Source: Nymphaea colorata
Lineage: Eukaryota
NCBI RefSeq assembly: GCF_008831285.2
Contig: NC_045138.2
Span: forward strand, 33,914,001 to 33,978,000
Length of the DNA: 64,000 bases
Direction of reading: 5' to 3'
Each line of letters begins with the position of its first letter. Within the stretch, counting starts at the first letter, position 1. The translations under genes were made by a program, and so were the position numbers. The notes below the pieces were generated by a model that saw nothing but the letters and a program-made list of their open reading frames with translations, was not told where the DNA came from and ran no database searches. Shown piece after piece: positions 26,605-39,300 of this stretch.

Positions 26605-28589
26605 TAAAATATAAATATATGAGTGTATATCTCTTCGTCCTGCTATCCAATCCAAGCTTCAGTCTGTTGAGTCATGTCTAAAACCCGAAGCCTACTTCAT
26701 TTGTCTCCCAACATCTTCAAGTTTGCAACAATTTCGAAGGCCATATATCGCTTGGTGTTGATGCAGTTGAACTAAATCTATCTACACAATTGGAATTTCT
26801 GACGGTCAATCTAATTAGTTTGGTCCGTCTTCGACTTTTTCAGAATCAGACTTAGATGTAAATACTGCTTGCAAGAATAAAAACCAACGGCGGTTCATGT
26901 TTTTTTGAAGACTAAAATGAAATTGTAGTTTTGATGACTCAAGGTCTTATTTTTAATAAAGGTAATGGATCTCTCCATGCTTACGAGATTTGCTTGAAAG
27001 GGACGCACGGGAAGACGCGCGCATGCAGGCGCCGGTGCAGCCCTCTCCCCGTCGGCTCCCCTCTCCACATCAATGAAACAAACGCCTGTTCTGCTCGTGA
27101 TCTGTCTGGACGCTGTGCTCTCGCTCTCGTTTGTCTGAATGCGCCAACCCTCATAAATGTAATAGGCAAATGGGAGGCACAGTTGACGCTGTGCTCTCGC
27201 TCTCGTTTCCCTCGTCCACACTCCTTTCCATTTTCACCCATTCTCTCTGACTCTCTGAATTGACCCTTCATTTTTGTTTATTCCTTTGAACATCGCAGTC
27301 TCTGTCTATTGTGTACAACAGAGAGAAGGACACACTACGCATACGTCCAGAACAAACGGGTGAGATTAGTCACTTTCCAGCCTTGATAATGTATCCACTT
27401 TGTTTAATGCTTCTACGCACTCATTTTTGCTATCCAGATCTCTAGGCCTCAAACGTCAAACCGTATTTCATGACTCATGTACTCTGCTTCTATTTGGGGA
27501 GAAAAAATGTGCCACCGAACTTGGTTTGGATTTGCATGAATCGACCCATTATGTGTCAGTATGTATCAGGTTAATTCAACTTTTTTTTTTCTTTAATGCC
27601 ATGTGATTTTTGAAATTTCGAATTGCTGTAAAGTAACCTCTGTCTGTTTCTAAGTCCAGACAATCCAAATAAATCGGCTGCCTCCAAGTTGAGATGGCCC
27701 ATGAGGTCTGTTCCTTCACAAAACAATTCACACCATGCCTGCTCACCAACAGGATTTGTCGCCGCAGTATCCTTTATCTCATACGTCCCTTCCAAAATCC
27801 AACCATGGTCAGCCTGGCTTCCCTTCAGAAGGAAGCGGAATAAACAAATAACTAAACATTTCTCCTGGGACATGCATCTGTTCCTAGCATGAGAAAATGA
27901 CTCCCGTACTTGTGAAATCTTTGTAATATAGGCCCATACTTAATTTTTTTTATTTTATCAAAACCGGCAGACCAAGAAGTACTATGCATGGCATTATGTA
28001 TTAACCCAAGTTAAAAGATCGGCTAAATTAGAGGGGGCTGATAACAGCATCTTTTTTTTTTTCTTCTTCTTTATAAGGACAGGCAAGTTTTTGCAGTCTA
28101 CCATACAAGGCACGGAATGGGCATCTTTCAGATTTTTATTCCTTTTATATTCTACAAATCAAGCTAGAGAACTCCTGAGCATTTTATGTTCTAATTGTAA
28201 GTCTGCCTACATTTTCAAAGAAATCCATCTTATATATCAAGCCTTTCATTTTAATTAATCTAATGACAAATACATCTTAACAATGCCGACAGCTTGAAGA
28301 AGAACACTAATTTTGCTAGCAATTGTATCACATTATGAAAACATGCACAGGACGGAAGCATGTGGTACAGCTAGCACCATGATCAATAGAGAAGATTTAA
28401 TTTTATTTTATTTTTAATTAAGATACATGGCCAAGCATCAGACAGATCAAAGACTTACTAGCCGGCCAACAGATTTGAAAATCCCCGGGCACGAGATGAA
28501 AACGCAAGCAAGCAGATACTAGGACACAGCCTTGAAGAAGCCGGTAGTCCAGTTCAACAACATGTATAGATTACGAAGACGCGGGGTTT

Positions 28590-31500
28590 TCAAATAGGAA
28601 TGGGGCTCACCAAGAGCGAGGTGATGTGCTCCTTGGTCTTCCCATCAGAAACCCCGAATCCATCTCCATCCTTGTAGAAGAAGTATGTGACGCGAGCAAG
28701 ATTCACAGAGGCATCTATCAAGGCTCTGGGCACGTCGCCTGCCGCAGCACAGTCCTTGTTCAGCATCTTCCACGCCTGGTTCTGCAAGCTGTTGATGTGT
28801 TCAAGGGCGGCCTCCTCCTCCACGCCCTTCTCGTTCATGTGGCAGTGCACCGCCGGTTGAACGTCCCCGCGTTCTAGCTCCGCCTTCATATATGGAGCAG
28901 CCACCATCATATAACATCATTGTATTAGCTGGACTTCCATAAAGGAGTACTAATGCATTAGATATTTGCCTACCTACATACATATCCAAACTAATCTGAT
29001 CAGTGTGCATGTGTAAGCTACAAGGCGCGTATGTGTTGTGGGTGTGCGTGCGCGCATGCTTTACGATCGATCGGATAAGAGAAAGAAGGGTGCATACTGG
29101 TCCGGTTCCCACATCATTAATGAGCCTGTGAATGACTGATGCCCAGTAGATAATCCTACTCTTAACCCTCATGGTGTCGATTATTTCCTTCGTCAGTTGT
29201 ATGTCCAGCGCCAAATATGTGATCAGCAAGCCGGGGACTAACCCAAGCGAAGCCCATGCATTGTTCATGTGCTCTTCAAGCGTTGGCTTGTGTCCTTGGT
29301 GATACCACTTTGCTTCCACCAGTTTTGATTTGCACATCGCTATCCACTATAGAGCAAAAGATCACGATCCAACCATGTGAGTAATTGATCGATCTGGATG
29401 AACCAACAGATTATAATCCGCTAAATAAGATCAGAAGAAGATTAAGATAATTGCTTCAAATTTTGATGTGGGTTAGTTCTGGAATAGTTGTTTCCTGGAT
29501 ACAAGCCTTGTCGTTTGGTAAACAAAAGAAGTTTACTGCTGCTCTGCAGAGGATTCGAGTACTTGCAATCTCCTTTCAACAAGAAGTCCAAGCTAGGTTA
29601 TTGAAACAAATTACAGAGCTATGTAAACATCAGAAAGTATATAATCAATTACCTCATCTTTCAAAATTTCAGTGGCATCGAACCCATGCTTCTTCAAAGC
29701 CAAGTAGGCAACTTCATTGATGAAATTGAAGACAGCTAAGTAGCATAGCTTCATGAAATGTGGGAGTTCCCCCAACACCTTTAAGTCCCACCTGAAATGG
29801 TGTCCCAAAATCTTAGTAGCTTTTCATTAGAATATGAAAGAACCAAACACTGAGAAAGCAGAGCAATTCCAAAGTGCTAAGTTTTCCATTCCACGGCTGA
29901 TCACGGGTTAGAGAAAAGCTCTTAACTCATACACATGGATCCGGATTTAGATCCGAAAATAGTGACAGTATTAGGCCAAGAGCAGATTTGGGGTCCATGT
30001 AAACCCATTTAGGGCCCATTTGACAACAATAACTAGTTGTTACTGTTCCATAACTTACCCTAAAAATTAAGATAGATTTATGAAAGACCGCATGTTCTAT
30101 TAATTTGCTTTAATTTTGAGGGCAAGCTTGTTGATGTTGCCAAAACGGACCTTTAGAAGCTGTTTGACACCAGTAAAAAATTATTACTGTCCCTTAAAAC
30201 TGTCTAAAAAATTCGTATTCGGATGAAAAAAATCTACACCATATCCTAATTTGAAATCTGAATTCATAATTTAAATCCAATCCCAATCCTAACAGTGAGT
30301 ATATGGTGTTTATTTAAAAGCATATTCCATTCGACTCTAGTCAATATTTAATTAAATCCAAATATGAATAGTAACTCAATTGAATGTCATTTCTTATATT
30401 TGAATCTGATCTGAATTCTTAATCATATGTTAAAATTTTTTCCTAAGTCCCAATTTTTCCTAACTCCTAAATCGTTTGGAATCAGACATAATCGAATTTA
30501 TTAATGTCCTTAATAATGTCACTATCTTTCCCCAGTCACGAGATTTCCACTCCAAGAAGTACAACAAAGAGGTGTACATGTTGGTCGAGGCTTCTACGTG
30601 GTGCATAGATTTGTCCACGAAAAAATTGTTTACAAAGCTGTGCAATGACCAAAATATGTTTATTAAAATAAAGAACTTTTAAGAGAGTAAAAAATGATTG
30701 TGAAAAAGTTAAAAAGTCTAAACTACCCATCATTTCATTAAAAAAAATCAAAAATACTATCCACCCTCTTTGGTGCATGCTTGTTGTGTGTCCGCCCTAT
30801 CAAACTCCTTTGATCCGGTACTCATGCCCGTCACCGGCGGACCTAATATCAAAACCCTTACAGTTTCGAATGTGTACAAAAATATTTGTTCGTGTAGGTA
30901 AAATACAACCATTTAAAAGCTTTGTATCATACATAATCATCTCAATGTCAAGTGCGTATTAAAACCCAATAATGTATGGAACTTTCCCCGTGAAGATCTC
31001 AATCATGTGTGCAATGATGTTTGCACTCTCATGAAACCTATTATAGCTCACTCTAGTAGAAAGTTGCATTAGTAACAACATTGGGCGCCCCTGCTGGAAG
31101 GCAAATGATGTTGATTTTTGTTGTACATCTCTTCTCCCAGCAAGGAGTAAGAACATTGGCTAACATGTGCCCCGAGGCGAACATTTAACAAAGATGCAAA
31201 TGAAGCCTCAGTCTTTTTTGGAGAACAATCGCGTTCCATGCAATTTACATATGCCAAGAAGTTTCTGCTTGTGTTGGCGAACGGAAAAAATTAAAAAGAA
31301 AAGCACGTACCGCTCAAATGCTTTTGTGAGGAGCTCGACTTCATCGATGGATGCATATAGATCATAGATGTCATCAAGAACAGAGAGCAGAGCAACAGCC
31401 TTGCCCAGTTCTTTGCGGGAGTCCGAGTGCTGCGGCTGTGGGACATGTCGCCACTCCCCACAGGTAGCTCTCCGCTAACCTGTCCCTTGCAAAGCTCAGC

Positions 31501-33252
31501 TTCTCATCAAGCCCCAGTTCTCTCCACCACCTGAAACAGCAATTTATTAACTCGCCGTCGATCTCTTGCAAAATGAACTTGAAATAATTGCTATATGATC
31601 CGTTTCATAATGAATAAAAGAATCTGACCATCGAACCCGAAATCATAGCTAGGAGGAAAAAGGAAAAGAAAACGGAGTACCTTGCTAGCTCTTTGAGCTC
31701 TTTGTGGTAGATCGTCTGCAGAATGTTGAAATCGAGTTTTGCAAGCTCAAGCAGAGGTTGGTTCTTCTCTTCCTCCTTCTCATAGGCGTCTATGCTGTAC
31801 CTGACCTCGAGTCTCTCTGGTCTCCAGTGCAAAGGAAGATCCAGGGCACGCTCCACTTCCCTTTTCAGCCCATCGTCGTTACCCATGTCCTTCCCGCCAG
31901 CAGCAGCCTTGAGATGCAGAGCTGAGAAGGACTTCGCCTCATCCAAGATATCCTCCCCATCAAAGCCCAGGTATGATGCTTCATACAGACTGAGTAACCC
32001 TTGTACATCCTCCGCTAAGCTCAACTTAAAATTGCCTTCCTTGTCTTTGAAGCTGCTAAATATATCTTTTTCCCAACAACCCGAAAAGGAAAAGCCATTA
32101 GATTAGATCACGGGTTGCTTATTTACTTCATTGTGGAGTCACCAATAATCTCATTTTCGTGGAATTAAAATATCAAATCTCACAACAGGAAAATTCTCAT
32201 AATATATTTGAGTTCTTCAAAAAATAGCCAAGCATCCGGAAATATTTTTGACAAGATCATGCACCTGATAAAGCATTGAATCCTGACCTCGTTCAACTTA
32301 AAAAAAAAAAAATGAAATGTCAAACCGCAGTTTGGCAAGGCGAGGAGGGATCCTACCCACAACCTTTTTTTCTTTTGCTCACGAGAAGCTTGTAAAAAAA
32401 AGAAAAAATTTTGAACATTAAGAAACTTTTTAACCTGTCTTTTGCGTACTCAGAAAAAAAAGTTTCACTTTTTTCTTGTTAAGCACAGTCCAAAACCTAT
32501 CAAATAAAGAACTTATTAATCGCCAAAAAAAAAAAAGCTGACGTTTTTCTTTTTAAGTTAACAAAACTGAAGTCATGCCCTGATTTGACGGTTTTCCTTC
32601 TTTTTTAGAATTATAAACAAATCAAAACAAACATATAACAACCGCCATCCTGAGGAAACATTGAAGCCATACTGCCTCAGCAGTCGAAATCTCAGAGCAG
32701 TTTCGTGCAGATCTTTCTGCGTCTGATTGCCATGAACATCACACAGATGCTGCAGCGCTGCTTTGATTTCCTTCTCAAAGTGGTATCCAACACCAAGGCG
32801 TCGTATCGAGTCAATGTTCTTCAATAGTCCTGAGGGATCTTGGGTTTCCGTTGGTTCAAGCAACGACTTGACCTCACTCTTCAGTTGCTCTCTTCTATCT
32901 CCATGTTGCTTCTCCTGCATGCACAAAACAAACATCAGCTCTATTTATATTTCGTAAAATCGATCCTTTGATCTTGAACATTGAAAAGAACGCTGGAGAA
33001 ATCATCGGCTCAAGTGGGCAGACGTGAATTCAATATCGTGTTGCAAAGTATGCTGACATCATGTTCATATGGCATCGATTGATCTCATCTGATCGCGTTT
33101 TATGGATCATGTATGCACATATAATCAAGCTTAAGAAACAGAACAGAACAGAAGCTCACTGAGAAGGCACTGGAGATCGATTGGATGGAGGTGTGATCCC
33201 AAACGGTGGGGTGGTAGTTCGCGCTACGACGCGTCACCGCCTCAGAAGCCAT
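28590..33252 (-). pseudogene. TPS: Terpene synthase (TPS-b type) copy 1, probably non-functional
   Basis: Exons 33252-33160, 32914-32650, 32065-31681, 31530-31311, 29791-29653, 29346-29098 and 28883-28590. RRX8W is present (RRSANYHPTVW). The intron-2 donor is GA instead of GT (32649-32648). Exon 4 is 220 nt versus 219 nt in the paralog, a +1 frameshift near 31438-31446 that puts DDIYD out of frame. Confidence 0.85.
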
Positions 33253-34137
33253 TGATGAGTACTCTCAAGGGGAGAAGGTGAAATTGAGAAATCGACCTCA
33301 ATGGAACGGCCAAATCTCGTCTATTGTTTGCAGTGGGTGATGATGGTGTAACGGCACCTATATGTAGTCATCTTCGTATTAACTGCAATGTGCAGAGGCG
33401 ATTCTGACAGTACTCCATAATTTGGCAGACGAAAATGGTGGTTTGTTGGAGAGGCGCTAATTTTATACATTTAAGGACACCCGTAGATAGTATATATATA
33501 TCAACCACCTAATTTATAAAATTATTAAAGCATAAGTACGGACCACAACCACCTGGCCACTGGTTCCGAGTTACGCTCTGCCATTCAGCACCATTTTGCC
33601 ACCTTCAGGTCACAAAATGGGATCAATAATTGTGAACTTTGTAGAAGCAGAAAACAGAGCAAGCAAATAGAGAAAAAACTACCTTCTCATTCTTGAGTTT
33701 CTGTTACATCTATGATTACAGGGAATTGTACACAATTATATAACAAACACGTGACTCCTTGACAAATTTTCTCTCGCACCACATAACAATCCAAATCGAT
33801 ATGGTTTGATGCATTAGTGAAATACTGGATAAGCCGCTATATGTACCGCGGCTTGGTTGTGGCATTAGAGGTTCCCTGCTTGAGTATGTTCCACGCCTAA
33901 ATCTGATAAAGAGAAATTTAAGCCAAGTTGTCTCACACACGACATTAGCTACGGCTCAGCTCGATATTTTGCTTCAGGAAATGATAAAGATTGCTTCTTT
34001 ATCGAAACCAAATCATGTCCACTTAACCTTTATGTTAATCAATAACTCGCTTGGTTGTATTATTTCCCATGTTCCGTTGTCACTCGAGTTATGTTTTAAA
34101 TAATTTATAGAAGTTTCTTCCAGCCTATGTCAATATC

Positions 34138-34409
34138 TGTTAAAAAACCATAAGAGGAACAAGGAGAAACAGCAAGAATTTACGTGGTTCGGCACTGAGG
34201 CCTACGTCCACAGAGGAAGAAGAAGACTTTCTCTTTTTTTATTTCACTGCTCTGTTTACAATCAAAGAGAGAAGGGAGATTTATACACTTTGATTTTGGT
34301 GATAACCAAGAGAACGGTTATGCAAAGAATTAGGGAGGATTTCTTTCCCTTATCTGATCAATTGTAACAGCAGGATACTATTGATATGCTTGCCAATCTT
34401 GATGTCAAT
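34138..34409 (-). repeat. Outer element 3' LTR (inner 23 bp missing)
   Basis: Matches 44647-44918 with about 7 substitutions over 272 bp (counted by eye), then runs directly into RNase H coding sequence. Confidence 0.9.
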
Positions 34410-35914
34410 ATTCATATCCTTCAAAAGAGATTTAATCCATACAAGTTCACATGTGCACCAAGCCATAGCTCTGTATTCTGCTTCTGCACTTGATCTAGCA
34501 ACTACTGATTGTTTTTTGCTTCTCCAAGTTACGAGATTGCCTCCAACAAAGGTACAAAAACCAGAAGTGAATCTTCTGTCATTTGGATCTCCTGCCCAGT
34601 CTGCATCAGTATAGCCCACAACATCAAGAGCCAGATCACGTTTCATCAAAATCCCTTTTCCAGGACATCTTTTCAAATATCTCAAGATTCTATGAGCAGC
34701 TTCGACATGAGATGATCTAGGAGAGTGCATGAATTGGCTAATAAGACTTACAACATAAGATATGTCTGGTCTTGTAACAGTCAAGTATATGAGCTTACCA
34801 ACAAGTTTCTGAAAGCTTTGAACATTCTCGACAAGTTCACCTTCATCCTTCTTTAATTTACAATTGACTTCGAGAGGAGTCTCTGCAGGTTTGGTACCTA
34901 AGCATCCAGTTTCTTTCAACAGATCTAGCGTATATTTCTTTTGATAAAGAAAAACTTCTTTATTTGAGTGAGCAACTTCAATTCTTAAGAAGAATCTTAG
35001 TGTTCCCAAATCCTTTATTTCAAAGAGCCGATTGAGATAATCCTTCACGCGTGGCATAAAGTCAATATCATCACCTGTCATTATTATGTCATCCACATAA
35101 ACCAAGATAACACAAATTTTAGAATTTTTCAAAGACGTGAACATAGTATGATCAGCACTGCTTCTTTTGAAACCCATTTTAACAAGAGCATCACTAAGAC
35201 GAGAGAACCAAGCTCGTGGTGACTGTTTCAACCCGTATAGAGCTTTTTTAACTTACAAACATGCTTGTGCTCATTTTTTATACCTTTTGGAGCCTCCATA
35301 TAAACTTCTTCATTGAGTTCCCCATGAAGAAAAGCATTTTTGACATCGAGCTGAATCAGAGGCCATCTCTTGTTTGCTGCTACTGAAATCAAAGTTCGGA
35401 CATAGCTCATCTTTGCAACAAGGGCAAAAGTTTCAGTATAGTCAATACCTTCGGTTTGAGTGAAGCCTTTGGTAACCAAACGAGCTTTGTATCGGTCTAC
35501 ACTTCCATCACTGTTATATTGTATTCGATAAGCCCACTTGCATCCAACCAGCTTTTTACCATCAGGTAAAGGAACTAGATCCCAAGTCTGATTTTTTTGT
35601 CAGTGCCACAAGCTCCTCTTTCATTGCATTTCGCCATTCTGGATCAAAATTAGCCTCCTCATAGGTTTTTGGTTCATGTTGGGAATATGCATTTAGGATA
35701 TAGGATTTATAGTGAATGGGCAAGTTTTCAAATGAAAGGTATTGGTCTATGGAGTAGTTTTTGTTTGTAAGATAAGTGTAATAGTCACTAAACTTGGTTG
35801 GTGGTTTAGTAGGGTCAGTGTACCGTCTAATGGAGTTTTCTTGAGAGGTTTGGCTTGAGTTGCTCAAGTTGGAATTGGGTTCAGTGGAAGGAGTGAGAGG
35901 ATTGGTGTCGGTAT

Positions 35915-35966
35915 TGATAGAAATGTAGCACCAATATCTGTAACCCGAAAACAGCACTCAAGCAGG

Positions 35967-36011
<45 letters not shown>

Positions 36012-36374
36012 TGAAAACAAGAAGAAACTGAGGAGAAGAAGCCGTAGCCAAAATGGTTTGCACGGCCTCTATTTATAATCTCATTTTCAGAATTCTAAGA
36101 GTCTCCAATCGTAGAATCCTAGGAGATTTCACAAGCTTCAAGGACATTAATTACATCATAGAAACCTAAGAGACTTCACATATTACAAGGATATTAACTA
36201 CAACATAGAATCCTAGGAGACTTCCCATATAACAAGGATATTAACTATAACATAGAATCCTAGGAGACTCTTCACATGTTACAAGGACATTAAATATTTT
36301 AACACATTCTACAAGGAGGTGGAATCCTAAGAGACTCCTCTTCAACGTGCTGGTGAAGGATTTATATTTTAACA
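35915..36374 (-). repeat. Inner element 3' LTR
   Basis: Appears identical to 40907-41366. Contains a (GA)n tract, a minus-strand TATAAATA at 36077-36070 and about four 47-bp U3 tandem repeats. Confidence 0.95.
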
Positions 36375-39300
36375 CCCTCCCTCAAGTTGTGCATGGTTTT
36401 GCACCATGTACAACTTGCCTTTTAGAAACCAGAATCGTTCCTTTGTTAATCCTTTTGTAAATAAGTCTGCAACTTGTTCATCTGTACGAACATAAATAGG
36501 CTGAATTTTCTTGTCTTCCACCTTTTGTCTAACAAAGTGTTGATCAATCTCAATGTGCTTTGTTCGACCATGTTGTACGGGATTAAAGGCAATGTTAATA
36601 GCGCTTTGATTATCGCACATTAACATTGATGTTTTAATCTTTTCTCCAATGTCTTCTAGCAAATGTCTAACCCATGTAACTTCAGCAGTACCTGCAGCCA
36701 TGCATCTGTATTCAGCTTCAGTGCTGGATCTTGCTACTGCCTTTTGCTTTCGACAACTCCAAGACACAAGATTACGTCCAATGAAAATACAAAAACCAGA
36801 AATGGACTTTCTTTGATCGGGATCTCCAGCCCAATCTGCATCTGTGAATGTCATAAGTTGATGTCCAGTAGTTATATTTTCACTCTTACCATAAACTAAG
36901 CCATCTCTTGCTGTCCCTTTAAGATATCTTAATATTCTTTTGACAGCATCCATGTGAGTATCTCTAGGTGCATGCATAAATTGGGATACTTGATTCACAG
37001 CATATATAATATCTGGTCTAGTAAATGTAAGATATTGAAGTGCCCCAACAATACTTCGATATTGTGTAGGATCTTCATATAACTCCCCATCTTGAGCACT
37101 TAGTCTTTGATTTAGAACACTAGGAGTTCCAACAGGCTTACAATCAGACATACCTGACTTTTTCAACAAATCCAACGTGTATTTCTGTTGTGTCAATGTG
37201 AGGCGATTATTGTGCCTATCAATCTCCACTCCAAGAAAGAATCGTAAATCACCAAGCTCTTTCATTTTGAAGTTTTGCATCATCAAAACTTTAGCTTCTT
37301 CTATGTGTTTTTCTGAATTGCCTGTGATAACAATATCATCAACATATATAAGAAGTAAAGTAAATATGTTTTCCTTTCGATAAATGAAAAGAGAGTGATC
37401 TAGAGGACATCTCCGAAAATCACATTCTTGAATCTTGCAAGAGAAACTGTCAAACCACGAACGTGAGGCCTGTTTAAGTCCATAAATAGATTTTCTTAGT
37501 TTGCAAACCCATGCATGAGAGTCTCCTTTCGTGTATCCTGGAGGTTGTTCCATATATACTTCCTCCCTTAAATCACCATGAAGAAAAGCATTCTTCACGT
37601 CCATTTGATGTAGTCTCCATCCATATTCAACTGCCAATGATATAATCACGCGAATTGTTCCCATTTTGATCACAGGGCTGAATGTCTCATCATAATCTTC
37701 TCCATATTGTTGTGTAAACCCTTTTGCTACTAACCTTGCTTTGTGTCTTTCTATGCTGCCGTCAGGTTTGTATTTAATTTTGTATACCCATTTGGAGCCC
37801 ACTACGTTCTTTTCGTGTGGCCTCGGAACGATCTCCCATGTTCCACATTCATGCAAGGCATCCATTTCTTCTTTCATAGCCTTTCTCCAATGATGTGATT
37901 TTGATGCTTCATCAAATGAAGTAGGTTCTTCCTCCTTGCCAACTTTTGCCATGAATAACTGAAAATCAAGTGATAAAGAATCATAGCTAACCCACCTGTG
38001 AATGGGATGACGAATGCGTTGGGATCTTCTAAGGTGGGGCATGTTGTCTTCTTCACTGTGAGCATCTCTGTCCCTTAGTCGTCGACTGTAGATAAGACCC
38101 GAATACCGATGTGCATCGTTGCTCTGTTCATTATTGTTTTCGTGATGACTTAATGACTGTGTTGGATCTTCTTGATTTTCACTTTGAGCCATATCCGACG
38201 GTTGTATTGCTCTCTCTGAATCTTCACTTTGAGGCACATCATTTTCTATAACAGGATCTGCATTGAATAACTGTGTACTGGTCCAGGGATCATAAGATTC
38301 AATGGTCATAGGCATTTCATTTGTATTATCAAAACTATGTTCATCAAAAATGACATTTCTTGAAGTTTTGATACGTTTAGTTGTTGGATCATAGCATCGA
38401 AAACCTTTATATTCATCAGCATATTCAACGAATCTACATTGAATAGCTTTGTCTTGAAACTTGTTCCTCAAGGCAGCATCAACGTGAACATAGCATACAC
38501 AACCAAAAACCTTCAAGTTCTTGTAATCAGGTTGTTTGCCTAAGAGTGTAAAATATGGCGATTTAGACATCAAGAGTGTCATAGGCAAACAATTTATTAT
38601 GTATACAGCAGTATGGAAGGCTTCAGTCCACAAGGAAATGGGCACATTAGTATCATGCATCATGCTCATGGCGCTTTCAACTATATGTCGATGTTTCCGC
38701 TCAACTACACCATTTTGTTGTGGTGTGTAAGGGCAGAAAATTTGTCTAGTTATCCCTTTTTCACGTAGAAATTCAATAAAATCAAGCGAGGAATATTCTC
38801 CCCCTCCATCACATTGAAAATGCACCACATTGGATGAAAATTTAGTTTGAATCATGGCATAGAAGTTTCGAAATATGTGAGGTACTTCTGATTTGTGTTT
38901 CATGAAGTAAATCCAGGTGAAACGTGAGTAAGAGTCAATGAATAAGACATAATATCTTGACCCAGACATGGAATCAATAGGGGCTGGCCCCCATACATCA
39001 GAAAAAATAGTTTCAAAAGGTTTGGAAGCCCTTTGATTTATATTATGGAAAGGTAAAACATGACTCTTACAAAGTCCACAACTTGAACATTTTTTGACAC
39101 TTGAAGTAAGAGGTAAACTTGATCTTGGAATGAGACTATCTGTGACAAGTTTTTCAATGAAATGTCGACCACAGTGTCCTAGCCGACTATGCCACAAATC
39201 AGACTCCAAAAATTGGTTAGGGCCCCTTACTTTTGATTGAAAATGGCAAGAACTTGGCACTGATGACGCATTATGAGAAAGAGAAAATGTCTTCAATCCT

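Noticed and set aside
26895..27271. Overlapping ~100-aa ORFs in a GC-rich patch containing a repeated acgctgtgctctcgctctcgttt
   Set aside because: There is no family motif or splice context. It is more likely a TE-derived fragment whose boundaries I cannot define.
36090..36340. Heat-shock elements in the inner LTR (ONSEN-like heat activation)
   Set aside because: GAA/TTC motifs are present but not in the nGAAnnTTCnnGAAn spacing, so no proper HSE could be read.
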